Origin: Lama guanicoe
Lineage: Eukaryota
Assembly: GCA_013239625.1 (NCBI GenBank)
Contig: MU053472.1
Location: 372,001-436,000 of the forward strand
Direction: 5' to 3'
DNA: 64,000 bases
The notes beneath the pieces are model-generated. The model saw nothing but the letters and a program-made list of their open reading frames with translations, was not told the origin of the DNA and did not search any database. The translations under genes were made by a program, and so were the position numbers. Positions 1 to 13,300 of this stretch are shown here, one piece after another (position 1 is the first letter of the stretch; each line of letters opens with the position of its first letter).

Positions 1-1316
1 AGTGCTATACCCATACACCCTTCTTTAAAAACCAATTAGAATTACAAATAAAAATAAATCCTCACTGACCAGTACTATTCTTTTCCCCTCTTTCCCAGAG
101 GCAGCCAATACCAGGAAACTGAAATCTGGTATCAGTCTTTAGGTGCATCTAGTAAACAGCTGCACAGTGTTTTCTACACGTTACAACGCTAAACAGGATC
201 CAAAATACCATGTTCCGCAGAGCCCAGGACACCATGAAAATCTCTAAGGGATTCCCGTGAAGAGCAGAAGCACCACCACATACTGCTGGTCCAGGGTTCC
301 ACACATCTCCTGAGCCGTCAGACTTCAACCAAACTAGTTCCACTTTTATCTTATTTACGGATTAGAGCTCCATATAAAATTTCATTTTGTAAACTGTTTT
401 CATGGTTAAAAATAAAGATCCATTATTCTAGGCTGAACTTAACACCCACAGGGTTACTCCTGGTGGGTAGTGGGTGACAGCTTTCAACCAACAGGAAGGA
501 GGAAATGCTACAGATCATTCCAGCAGCAACAAAGCAACAGAACCTGCCATTTACTGAGGATTTACTGTGTGCTATGCATGTTTTTCATGCATTACCTGTA
601 ATTTAATCTTCACGCTACCTCTAAGAGACTTGGAAAATTGCAAATTTGAACAGAATTACAGATCTGGTAAACAGGAGAGCCAAAATTCAAACCCAAGCTG
701 TCCAAGTCTAGCCCTCAGCTCTTAACTGCTATTAATACGCTGCCTTCCTTATGACCTGGCTCTTCTACGACTGTCTCGTTAAACCTTAGTTTCTTAATTC
801 AATGAAAATAACAATACCTATCTTATAAGTCTGTTATGAGAATGAGAAGACACGACCCAGGTGAAGTGCCCAGGGTACGACCTGGTGCACAGTAAACTGC
901 TGCTGCTGCTGTAATTGTCACTACCTCAGGGAACTGGGCTGCAAGCACCTGGAGCCAGCTGAAGCCTGGTTAACAAGAATGATCGGATTATGCATCACTA
1001 AATTTAAAAAGGCTGAGGCCGAAAATTAGAATACAAATTCTTTTTTTAAGAGGTCATAACACAATTCTAAATCTAAAGCAGCACCTCTCTTTTCTCTGTG
1101 TCATAACTTTTATTTCACCTCAGGTAACCCATATAATGGCATTCATAAGCATTAAACAGATGAAACTTCAGTGGAAAGATAAAAAACTTATTCTGAATAT
1201 TAAAGTATGAAAGCTTGTTTTAAAGAAAAAACTCCACAAACCTCAAACAGAGACATCCTCTGTGTGTTCGGAAGACTCCTGCCCTCTCAGCTAGTGTGTC
1301 GCTGAGGCATACTTAC

Positions 1317-1388
1317 TACAGAAATTGGTGATGCCTGCTGTCCTGTATTCCTGGAGCCTCTTGATTTCCCTTCGGAGTTCAAATTCCA
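1317..1388 (-). CDS. TADA2A: TADA2A exon 12 (LEFELRREIKRLQEYRTAGITNFC)
   Basis: 72 nt, acag|TG...A|gtaagt. Confidence 0.95.
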
Positions 1389-4300
1389 CTGTTCGTCCCC
1401 CCAAAAAACAAAGGAGAGAAATTGGAAAAACAAAATCAACATCAAATGTTGAATATTTTCAGTAACTCTGCCTTATATAAAAGACAGGGCAGTTCCATCT
1501 AGGGAATCCTACGTGTTGCTAACATCTCATTAGAAATTTTACCCAAGAGCTGACTAAAACACACTCCAGCTGTCTTTTGGCTTCTGTCTCCAGCTGGAGA
1601 AAACAGCTGGAATTGTCTCCTAGAAAATTTACACTGAACTGGCTGAACTCATTTAGCTACAAAAGTAATGAATATAACTTTTTAAACCATCAACTTTCCC
1701 CACTCTGTTTATTCTCTGTTAAAAGCTCTATCCACAAAACCAAATTCTTTCATGAAACCGGTCTCTGGTATTACTTGATGTGGCCCTTCTGCAAGGGAAG
1801 GACAAAAGCTTTTAGGACTCTGCTCAAGCCCTAGTTTCTTTACAGCTCTTCTCCTATAGGAACAAAAGAGCATTGTGTTTTCCATAAACCAAAGATTTCT
1901 GCCTCCTCTGAGCTCACCGATCAGGTTGCACTGCTTGGGTTATTATGCGACAGAACATTCAAATTTGGGTGCTTTGAAAGAGGGGATGAAGGAAGAGCCT
2001 GGACCATCCGCAGGGCGTAGTTCTCTGGAGTGACACATAAACCAGGGATGGCACAAACTGGGACAGGAAGTAAAGGATCAGTCACACAAAGAAGGCCAAC
2101 CACACTGGCTGTCTGGTGAGGACAACCAGCCTGGCTCAGATAAACGCCTACAATGCCATGCAAGAAATATCTGCAGGATAAGAGCCTACATGAAGTACCT
2201 TCCCAGAACTAAACTGGGGGGTCAGACACACGAATCTCATGATGAAAGGTATAGACTTAGCCACCCAGTCCAGATTGTTGTAACGCCTAGGCCTTACTGC
2301 CTTAGCAACTTCAGTTTTTTACAGTGAAAAATCAGACGGTAATTACATAGAGCTCTCTCAGAGAAAAGGTAAGAAAATGATGGAAGTACTATCTACTCTC
2401 TCCATGAATCATCCAGCTCTGTCCCCATTTGAAAAATTAGTTTTAATACTAAAATAATTATGAACAAAATAATATGATGTCTGGGATTTGCTTCAAAATA
2501 ATCCATTTGAGGGTGGGAGGGGAATGGGTGGTGAAGATGCAACTGGACTGGCCATGTGCTGATAACTGCTGAAGCTGGGTGACAGATACATGGGGGGGGT
2601 CATTATACTATGATCTCTATTTTTGGATATATTTGAAAACTCCCAAAATTAAAAGGGGGGAAAATCTACCAAATGACTGCTTATCTGGGGGGGAAAAAAG
2701 CCACTATGCTTTTTAAGCTCTCTTTACCCAACCCCAAAGTCCTAAATTTATCTCATAGCAATAAAGGGGAAGAAATACAAAAAAATCCACTTATTTATTT
2801 ACAGAACTTCACATAAAACACATTATTATCTCTCCTATTTATATAAATACACACACACACAAATACTTGCTCAAGATTCAAAAATCACCTACATGCGTGG
2901 CTTTCAATGAACTTGTCATGCTCCACTGGCCCCACTATCCTTGCAAATCGCCTCATTGTTTCATAAAGGTCTTGGACTTCTTTGGGATACCGCCGCTCCA
3001 TTACTGCAGAGAAAGTAAATACAGCCATGTCACACAGACTATAAGGATCTCTGAGTTTTTTGTATTTCTTTTACAAGAAGAAATATGGAAGGACATTATT
3101 CCTAACCTCACAGGACTAACTTACCCATGACAGGAAGCAAACCGGAAAGCTAGGAATGCAAAACACTCATCACAATGATAAGCAGCATCAGAGCGACAGT
3201 CACACAGGGATGCTGTTATCACTGGGGAGCATCTGCACTACTGAGCACCCTGGTGACCTCCACACCTCACTGTCTCCTAATCTGCATAGGAGCAGGAACT
3301 GCGGGCAATAACGGGAAACATAATTAAAGGCAAATTATGCATTCTTAGGAACAATGTTGGGCAAAATTTCTGCTATTAACTTCTGCAGAACAAGGGAAGA
3401 GGAGACACAATAATCCACCCAAAAGGAGCATATCAGCCTGGAAAAAAATGTGTGATCTCTTGCATGCCCCACCAAAAACCTTCTCCGTAACTACACGTTC
3501 TCAAGTGAGGCAGTTCCTTCTTCACTCTCTACATGGGTCATTTTGCCTTTCTCTAAACTTAAGTAAATACCACAACCTAATTTACTACTAATGAAGTTGT
3601 ATTTTGATAGCCGTCATGGACGTAAATGGTCATGTATGCAGGGAAGCCAGGGTCAGGGACTGTGAGGGTCACCACTGACCAAATTTCTAATGAAAAGAGC
3701 CACCAGCAAAAAGGTGGGGAGTGAAACCCACCAACAGTAACCGGTAGGTTGGAGCGGCCAGGAACTCCCGAGCTGCTGCTTGGGCACTTCGATGAGATAA
3801 GCAGTGGTACTCAGGCTGGCTCTGTCCACTCCTGGGCTAAAGACAGAGGCTTTCACTTGTGACAGTTATTTAAATTAGGTCCTCTTTTCAGATGAGCCTC
3901 TTCCTTTGCAGGAGAAATTCTTGCCCACAAATTGCAGGAGCTGATCTGATGGGCAGCAGCAGATTGATCATTTTCACTCCTGAAAAATCCCTCTCACTAC
4001 AGGAATAATACAGAAAAGTCTGGAGTAAAAATTTTAAGTTTGATGAAAAAACCTCCTCCACCTCCCATATCAGGGTCATGTATACATCCAGTATAATGAC
4101 AACTGAACCTCTCAAACCGCACTGCACGTGCCACTTCCCTCAGGTGCAACAGAGCTTCCCCTCGGCTCCGTGTGTAAGAAATACACTTAAAAGAATGAAG
4201 AGGCTAAACTGACCTCTGTCCTCCAGCTCAGAACAGAATTTATGTGAGGGTGAAAGTCTACCACGGGTAAAGGTTAAAATCCAACTGACCTATCATGGAA

Positions 4301-7300
4301 AGCCCAGGAATTCAGACAGAGGAATCCATTACTGGGGCGGCCTGAACATGACCAAGTGTTGCCCATAGACAAAGCAAGAGAGATACAATCTCGGGTTATT
4401 TTTGCAAACCCACGGCTCTTGATGAGGACAAAGTTAAAGAGGCAATCCTGCATACTGCTAGAAAGAATGTACACCTATACAACCATCTCTCGGAAAGCAA
4501 CCTGGCAGCGTGGGCCAAGCACTCTTAGTAATCACATTCTTTGACCTATTAGTTTCACTTCTGGGAATCTATCTAAAAAAAAAAAATTTACAAATACAAA
4601 GCTTTATTCACAAACAACTTTACCTTAGCGTTATTTATAACGATTTAAAAAAACTGAAAATAAGCTAAATATCTAATAATAAAAGACAGGTTAAGCACAT
4701 CATTATATATTTTATGTATATATAGGACATATTTTGTTAAAAAAAATGACATCACTGAAATACTACAATTACAATCACGTGACTGAGAAACGTGTAATGG
4801 AAAGTGAAACAAAAAGAACATAAAGTATAACATACTTAAGATCATGACTACACTAAAAGATACTTAAGACAAGATTGGCCGACCTGAGCCCTCCAGGGAC
4901 GCAGGGTGTCAAATCCCATTAAGATTCTACCAAGTAGCATATGAAGCACAATCATCACTGGGTACTTTTACAAAAAAAGAGTATGGTGACATACAACTAT
5001 TATAAACATACATCAATATTGCAGTTATTATGACATCATCACTCTTCTTTGCTGAACAAACTCTACACTGTAGAAGGAGAAAGAGTACAGAGGTTCTTTC
5101 TGCCCAGGGGAGGTAGTGCCAATATTTAAAAGAGTAAGGTCTAAGTTAGCATTCACTTAAAAATCATGATAGGATTATTTTCACCACTGCACAATGCTAA
5201 TGTCTCCTCCTGTTTGTCCACTACCATGCAAAATAAATGTATCACCTTTTGTTGATTTTTTTCATAAAAATATTTTCACAACCTGAAGATCAAGGTTATG
5301 CTACATTTAACATATAATTCCGAAACATGACCCTATCCAGTTCTAGAAAATGATCCACTATGTTCATGCTTTAATTACTATACTTGGGAAAAAAGAATTC
5401 TCATGCTAGTGTTGCTGAGTAGATATTAACGGTTCTTAACTCGCACTATGCCACAGAACCGCCCTGAAGACTTAAAAAATACAGATGCTTCAGCTCTACC
5501 TCCAGAAACCCTGACTTAATTAGCTTGAGGTGATTCTCAGGCATCAGATTTTTTTTTAAAGCTTCCTAGATGATGCTATATGCAACTTGGATTAAAAACT
5601 ACTGCCACCAAAATAAAAAACAAAACAAACAAAGAAACAAACAAAACTACTGCCACCGATGATTTTTTAAAACTATTTAATAATACTGGGAGAAATTTTA
5701 AAATAAAGAAAACAGCTAATACTTACACTGAAACTTTCTAAGGTTAATTAATCCATGGTCCCTTATAATTCTAGAATGAAAAACATAATTATAAATATTA
5801 TAATTTGTTCCACATTTAATAACGTCTTCCGCATGCAGCTTTTATTAGACATCTTAAACACTATGAGGTGGAATGCCGAGGTCCAAAGATGTCACTCCCC
5901 ACAGAGTTCTGCAGGTCAATGAGTCAACTAACACAACAGCAGGCTCTCAGACGTATAATTTTTTCCCTCTCCTTAGGCATAGTAAGCTCTCAATAACTAT
6001 CTGCTGGATGAATGAATCTATCAATGAGCATTCACAAATACTGAAAAACTCACGTCTGTAATTTAAGACGAAACAGAAGGGGAATCTGTGTCCACATGTT
6101 AAAATTATCTATTCAGCTTAGGGAAATGATAATTGAAAATAGCCACGTAAGGGATATCTGTTAACCACTGAAGGGCACCACGATCACACATTCAACATTC
6201 ACAATGTACATTCACATAATGCTGTGAAGCTGTTTGAAATAAATCTTGTGCATGATTAATGGAAGGGCACCATAAAATAAAAGATCTAACAGCAACCTTA
6301 ACAACGGAGGTCTACCAATACTGTCTAGCTCTAATTGCATGTTTTAAACGAAACAATTTAAATAAACCATGCAGAGTTAGTGTCTGGAAACTCTGATTTA
6401 CACCAGAGGTATTCATGACTAGCAATGAAGCTTCTCAAAAGAACAGCTGGGTAATCTTCGCCAGCACTCCGCAGGAGCCAACTCTAGGCACGCGAAGAGT
6501 AAGCGTTACCTGAGGTCATGTCTTGGTCCCTCAAGAGTGCCTCCCAAGTCCCATTCCTCTTTCACTGTTGCGATGGCACTGTGTCTCCAGTTAGTAACAC
6601 CATGGTAACATGCCTACACATACATACACACACACCCTCTGCCTACTCTTCTCTGAACTGTTAAAAGTTTCTGTAATCCAACAGGGGTCTGGGATCCACA
6701 ATTTCTCAGTCTGAAAGTATGTTTTTTGTTCTGTTGCAAAGAGAAGGAATAACCAAGAGTGCCTGAAACGTGTCCATAATTTCTTTGAAATCCTTTTAGA
6801 TAAAAGGTTTCTCATAAAAACTGAGCAGTTAGAATAAGAGCATTAGAAAGAGCATAACAACACCTTGAATTTATCGTGTTCCTTTTTTCCTTAAAACACT
6901 GTAGCCATATTATTCACTGGTCATCATAACATCAAGAAAGGGTAAGGAAGGAGGAGGTAAAAAAGCAAAAACAACGGGAGCAGTATTATCATCTCCATTT
7001 GACAGATGGAAAAATTGAGACCCAAAGAGAGTAAGTGTAACCCTCAAGGTCACAAGATGAGCTACAAGTGGAACCTGCTCTTATGGGCTATAGGTGGTCA
7101 ATAGTCCAAAGTCAAAAGAAGGCAGGATGGTTTCCTACACTTACTTTTTTCGCCTTTGTCTCTCCTTTAACCTGGAATGATAGATATCTACTACGGCCAT
7201 CTTCAGAGCTATAAATAAACAAACAAACGCATATGAATAAAGCCAAGACAAAAATAAATCTTTTACCCAAACTGTCTTAAACTTTGAACTTCATACTGCT

Positions 7301-10300
7301 AACTATTCCACACTCACTGTCAGGAACTTTGTCTCTTGGAAACAAAAATATCTTAGGATACTGAATTTCTTTATCAGTAAATTACAGTGAAGTCCCTTTT
7401 TCCCGTGTATATATTTATATGGGATTACGCTATCGATAACAGTTTCTGCCTTCTCCTGAACACCTCTTTTGGCCATGCCTTGCTGTGTGTATTATTCGCT
7501 TTCATGTGACAGTTCAGCGAGAAGCCTACACTTTGGTAATACATGGGCTAGAAAAGACATCTGTTAGCTTCAGATTAGAAGAAAGAAACGGCAAAATCTC
7601 ACATGCTGGGCTGTGGGCAGATGCACCGTATCTGTATGTAACTTCAATCACTGGGAAAAGACCAGGGACACTTTATCCAGGTCATTCTCCCTTGGGTCTG
7701 AGATAAAAATAACAAATTCTAGCTGGATGATCTGAAGAGGTGAAATAAAGGCAATTTTTTTTAAACGTTAAGTATTAAAAAAAATTAAAGTATTAACTAC
7801 CATGATTTTTTTTTGTTTGTTGCTAACAAGTTCAAAAATTTAAACAACATTGCTTCATTTTCCCTTATAACTGCCCACAAACTAAAAATAATTCAATAAT
7901 ATCAGGTCTAAGATTGAAGGTAATGGTTTTCAAACTTTTTTCAGGTAGCAGAACTCTTTCTATAAACGATTGATACGGTGATACATACAGAAGTTCAGGC
8001 ACCACAGAATGCCCCAGACTCTGCCAGTGTTTCCTAACACAACTGCGGTGCAATGGCCGGCTCTGGAATGCTGTGCTGGAGGAGATGCGCTTTACATGAG
8101 TGTGTGGTGGAAGAGGCAGGACAGGAGATGCCTCTGATGTGCAGTATATCTAAGCACAAGTTTTAGAGTGGACTCTGTTTCTTATGAGAAACAGGATTAG
8201 GAAATCAAGAGTTCAAGCCAGAAAGAGAAGCAAACAAAATAGCTAAGCCAACAGCTAACACACACTGAGTATTTATCATGTTCCAGGTTCTTTAAGTGCC
8301 TCATCTTGATTATCCACCCAACGGTAAGATGAGTTCAATAGGAAAGAAACTACCTGAGGATCCAATGGAAATTAGCGCTAATTTTGACAAGGTATTTCTG
8401 TAATTTTTCTAAGATACTAACTTAACATGTTGTTTCTTGAGATTTGCGTGGGAATGACTTAATTAAAACAAAAGCAAAACAAAAAACTGAAAAGACTGCG
8501 TTACGAAAAAAAATCTATAAATAAATCCTGCTGATAAATGGTTCTAATGCTTGATCATTTCAGTAGTTTAAACTTGTGCAACTGGCTCTGGAGAATAAAG
8601 GGAAGGAAGGGAACACAGAGAAACAAATGGGAGGAGAACTGGAATCCTCCCAGAGAAAAATTTGTTTGAAGCTATCACTTTTCTTCACGATGCACACTCA
8701 GATAGCAGCAACTGATTATAAGATCTGAACTGCATGAATAACCCAGGGAGAACCACAGCACAGCGGGCAGAATAGAAATAAATGAGAGGCAGACACTTAA
8801 AGAATGAGACTCATAAGTTCACATTCTACTTAAAGTGACTGGAGGTTCCAATAAAGTGGGCAAACAAAGAACTAGAAATCATTAAAAACAAACAAAGCCA
8901 AACCACTCATAACCTATCCACTGATGCACGGCCTCTGAAATCTCAGCTTTGGGGGACTAACGGTCTCCCTGTGATTACACTGCGGACTGATAACAAAGTT
9001 TCCAAACGGCTGGCCTTAAAATATTTCAAGAAGTGGGCAGAAGTCAGAGGCAGCTCCTTCCCACTGCAGTGTATTTCTAACATTGTTCAAAATAGCTGGC
9101 AACATGTTTCTGTTTTCCTGACAGAAGGCACTTACTGCTTGCTTGGCAAGAAAACCAACTCAGAGGCCTTAACTGCACGGAAGCCAATCAAAAGCCCTAC
9201 TGCAAGCATACAAGCACAAGCCTGGGACTCAGGTATTCCCCAGAAGCAAAGCTTTTTAAGATTATTCCCCCCACCCCCCCGAAGCTTTTGTCCAAGATGT
9301 ACACAATTAGTTCTACGAAGGAAAGAAGACTATGTGACCTAACAGTGAAAGTCAGCCACTCAGAAGCCTTAGGCAAGTTACTTAGCTCTGTTGTACACTT
9401 CCCTGAAGGTAGGATGGGAAAATACCTATTTCTACTTCTCAGTAATGTGGTTAGGCTGTAGAAGAGAAAAATTGTGAAATCTTTAAAAAAAAAAAAAGTT
9501 CAAGGTTATGAAGACAGTAAGTATGGTACAGTACACAGAGCACAGACTCCAGAGATGGCTGTCACTTGAAGGTTACATCATGACCTCAGGCAAGTTACCT
9601 GACATTTCCACTCCTTAATGTCCTCATCTATAAAAGGTGGATGATAATAATGCTCAACTCAAAGAGTTTTGTGAGGATTAAATGAGTTCACATGTGCCAA
9701 GGAATTAAATGGTACCTGGCAAACAGCAAACAAGTATAGCACATACATACACATACATATAGCAGTAAGTGCTGTTATGTGTTGGGCTACTACTGTCAAT
9801 AGATGTATGTCTAAGAAGTCTTAAGCATAAAGCAGCCAAATCCTCATAAAGGGAAGAGCACTGCCAGTAGGCAGAGGAGTATGCACAGTGACCAGGCTGG
9901 ACCTCTGACTTACTAACTGTTAAAGATCTGCACGCTGATGGTACGGACCGAAAAAGAAAAATCTGGGGGAAAAATGAAAGTGAGGGAGCATCCATCTCTG
10001 GCCAAAAAATTTTGCCGAAACTGGCTTTCCAAGTAGAGGAAGAGTAAACTGCTCTAATGTGCAACTCTGAGAAGTGTTGAAAACACAGAGCTAACACATA
10101 GAAGGTGCTCACGATGTCTCTTGCTTGCCTGGGTTATGGGACAGCAATGATTAGAAGATACTGTGCCCAGGGTTTAGAACACATGAAACTCTGAGAAAGA
10201 AGAGTCCAGAAATTTAGGAGAGATTTTCCCAAATGAAAGCAGATGGAGAGTGCTGTCCCCTGAGGAAAAGCGAGCTATGCTGTGTCTGCACGGAGATCCC

Positions 10301-13300
10301 GCATCACACCAGGACACCAAGAGAGCCACGCTATGAGTCTTCTGCATCTCTCTTTCTGGACCAATAAAATATGAGGAGGTGTCATTTAGGGATCCCAGGA
10401 CTTCCTTATTTTCTTCCTCAGATACTATTTCACTTGCAGTATCTTTTTTGGGCCCATTCTGGGTGACTTCTGGTATGGCTGGCACGTAACTAAATATCCC
10501 TCCACTGTGTCACAGGCCTCTACAATAGAGCATTTACACTCCTTTTATTAGACAAATTCCATGAATCAGAGCAGAAGTCTCTGGGTGAAGAAAAGAGCTT
10601 GGTGGCCTCATCCAATCTTCTAGATGCTCAGGGATGGGAAACAAAACCCAGCCAGTTTACTTCCTTCCAGTAGTTTATAAGTGAGGGAATATAAAAGGAA
10701 TGTTATAAATGGTCAGCAATATTAATATAATGGTATAATGGAATGGTAATAACACCAACCTGAATTATGTACCATCTTTCATTAGGGGCATTCACACTCT
10801 GACTAATCAGTGTCATCCCTTCTTTATTGACCAGGGACACAAAGAAACAGCACACAAGATTCCAAGGACTCGCCCAAGATCACAGTGACTCAGAAGCAAG
10901 CCTGAGGTTAAATCACTGCCCTGATCTGCACAAAATATGTGCCCCCCCCTCTGCTTCAGGTGTTCCTAAAAAGCTCCTCATTCCTTCCTATTCTCCTCGG
11001 GCTCCTAGTCCCCTTGACTGAGTGTTCTGGGAGAAACTGCTCAGCTCAGGGGCAACACGCCCCGCTGGACAGTGGGTCATGCTGCCGGAGGAACTAATGT
11101 GAGAACTCAAAGCCATAAACAAAGCATCCCTTTATGGCACCAGCAAGTCATCTCTTTCATCTCCAGTCCTACCAAGTCTCTTTATAATGTTACCACCTTT
11201 TAAAAACCACCCATCAAAACATCTTAGATTTTGCTACTAGACAGGGAGGGAAAGAAGCAGGAATTATTATTTAACTTCTGTTAAAACTACTTATGTATAA
11301 CAATCAATAATTGATGCTGCACTTATAGCTCAAATGGACTAGAATCAAGTGAATTAAAAGGTTGTAGAAATTGTATGAAGAACACAAATAACTAAAGTTA
11401 TGTTACAGGTTTGAAATGCTAACTGAAATAAAACTTGCTAATCAATTGCTTCTTTCTGATTTTTTTCCTATTGCCCTCACTTAACTACAGAAAGGATCAG
11501 TTACATGAGAAGAAATTACAAATCCTGCTTCTACAAAGAATGAAGAGTGAAATTAAATACTGACCATCACTACAGTTTTTTTAAAAAATGTTGAAGCTTA
11601 AGAATGAAGACCTTGGATTAGGGCCTAGAGAAGTGATTCAGCAAGTCCTTTATATAGTTGAGCCATTATTGACATTAGAGATTTTTGACTTTCAAAAGTT
11701 CGGTACTTTAAAAAAAATTTTTATATATATTTTTATCGAAGTATAGTCAGTTTACAATGTTGTGTCAATTTCTGGTGTACAGCACAATGCTTCAGTCAGA
11801 CAGGAACATACATATATTCGTTTTCATATACTTTTTCACCGTAAGTTACTACAGGATATTGAATATAGTCCCCTGCGCTATAAAAAGTTCAGTACTTTTG
11901 AACAGTACCTAAGAGGGTGATACTTATGAACTGCTTTTTTGCATTCTGGATAAGAAAGATTCAAGCCAGGAAACAATGCCATTTTAATTAAAGCTGGTGT
12001 GTATAAGGAGAAATACTGAATGGCAACCTGCATACTACCTTCAAGGGAGAAACACACGTGAGAAAAGACAATAACGTGAGTTACCAGGGTTGAAAAGCAG
12101 AGATTGACATGGAAGAATGAACAAATACAATGGCTCTAGTGAATGCTGAAGTAGTTTGCTTTCAAGCTTTCCTCTTTTAGTTCAGTCTGCGTCACTCTGA
12201 CTTTCCTTAAAGTTGTGTGGGAGAAAAGAAGAGAAATGAAATTTTGCAAATAAAACTGCTCAAGAAATATCTAGAGAAAAAGTTCTGAAGGCAAGATTTT
12301 TATGAGGACTCTTTCTTGGTCCCACATCTGGTGTAACAGATACCTAGACAGCTCTTCTTTGGCGAGAAGAATCAAATTCCCCTTCAATTGACAGAGGACC
12401 AGTTAATGCAACATGAAAACTTGATTTATAATTCAACAGGATTCTAATTTGCCTTTCCCACTTGGGATATAGATTTAAGAGAAACAATGCAGATGTTGTG
12501 TAGGGAATACAGAATTCAAGGGAGCATTATTCACCTATTGCATCACCCTCAATTCTGGACTGAAATGAAATAGAAGATTGGCAATTATTTTAAAAACGTA
12601 GTTCACTGAAAGTAAGAGGGGGAAAAAAAAGATACTCAATGGAAGTCCAGCCATCCACTTTTAAGAGCCCTGTTGGCACAAACCATTTATGTTTTAACAA
12701 AAGAGCTGACATAAATCCTTAGAGGGCTATCTTAGATGAGACTTCAGAAGTGGTAAAAATGCAGCACTTCTGAGAAACAGGAAATTCCCAATCTTGGTCT
12801 TAAAACTCTAGAAGAACTTCCATTCTTTCCCCTGCTATGAGAAATTTGGGGTAACAAATTACAGTGAACATCCAGTATCAGCAGTTGCTGCTAAAGACCC
12901 AAGGTCTTGACAATGATTCCCTTCCTTCCAAGGTGGCAGTGTGGGCTTATCTCAGCCAAAAGAAAGCTCGCACAGTCCAAGGGATGGGATACTCCCAGCT
13001 ACCACTATATGATCAACATTCCCACTATCATCACTATAAACGATCTTTCTCACTGTGGTCAAATCCCAACAACAGAGTAAGTTCAGCAACTTAACCACCA
13101 AATTTTGAGTCCCATAAGGACATGGGACTTGTTTTATTCATCCTTATACTCCTAGCACGAAGCACAGCGTCATTGCTGTCTGTTACCATCACTGGTACTG
13201 TCATTTACATAGTATGCAAACAATAAAAACATTTGCTGAAATAAAATGTTACCGTGTAAAATGTCCGAGTCATCTTCAACAAAGTCAATGTCCCTCAAGT

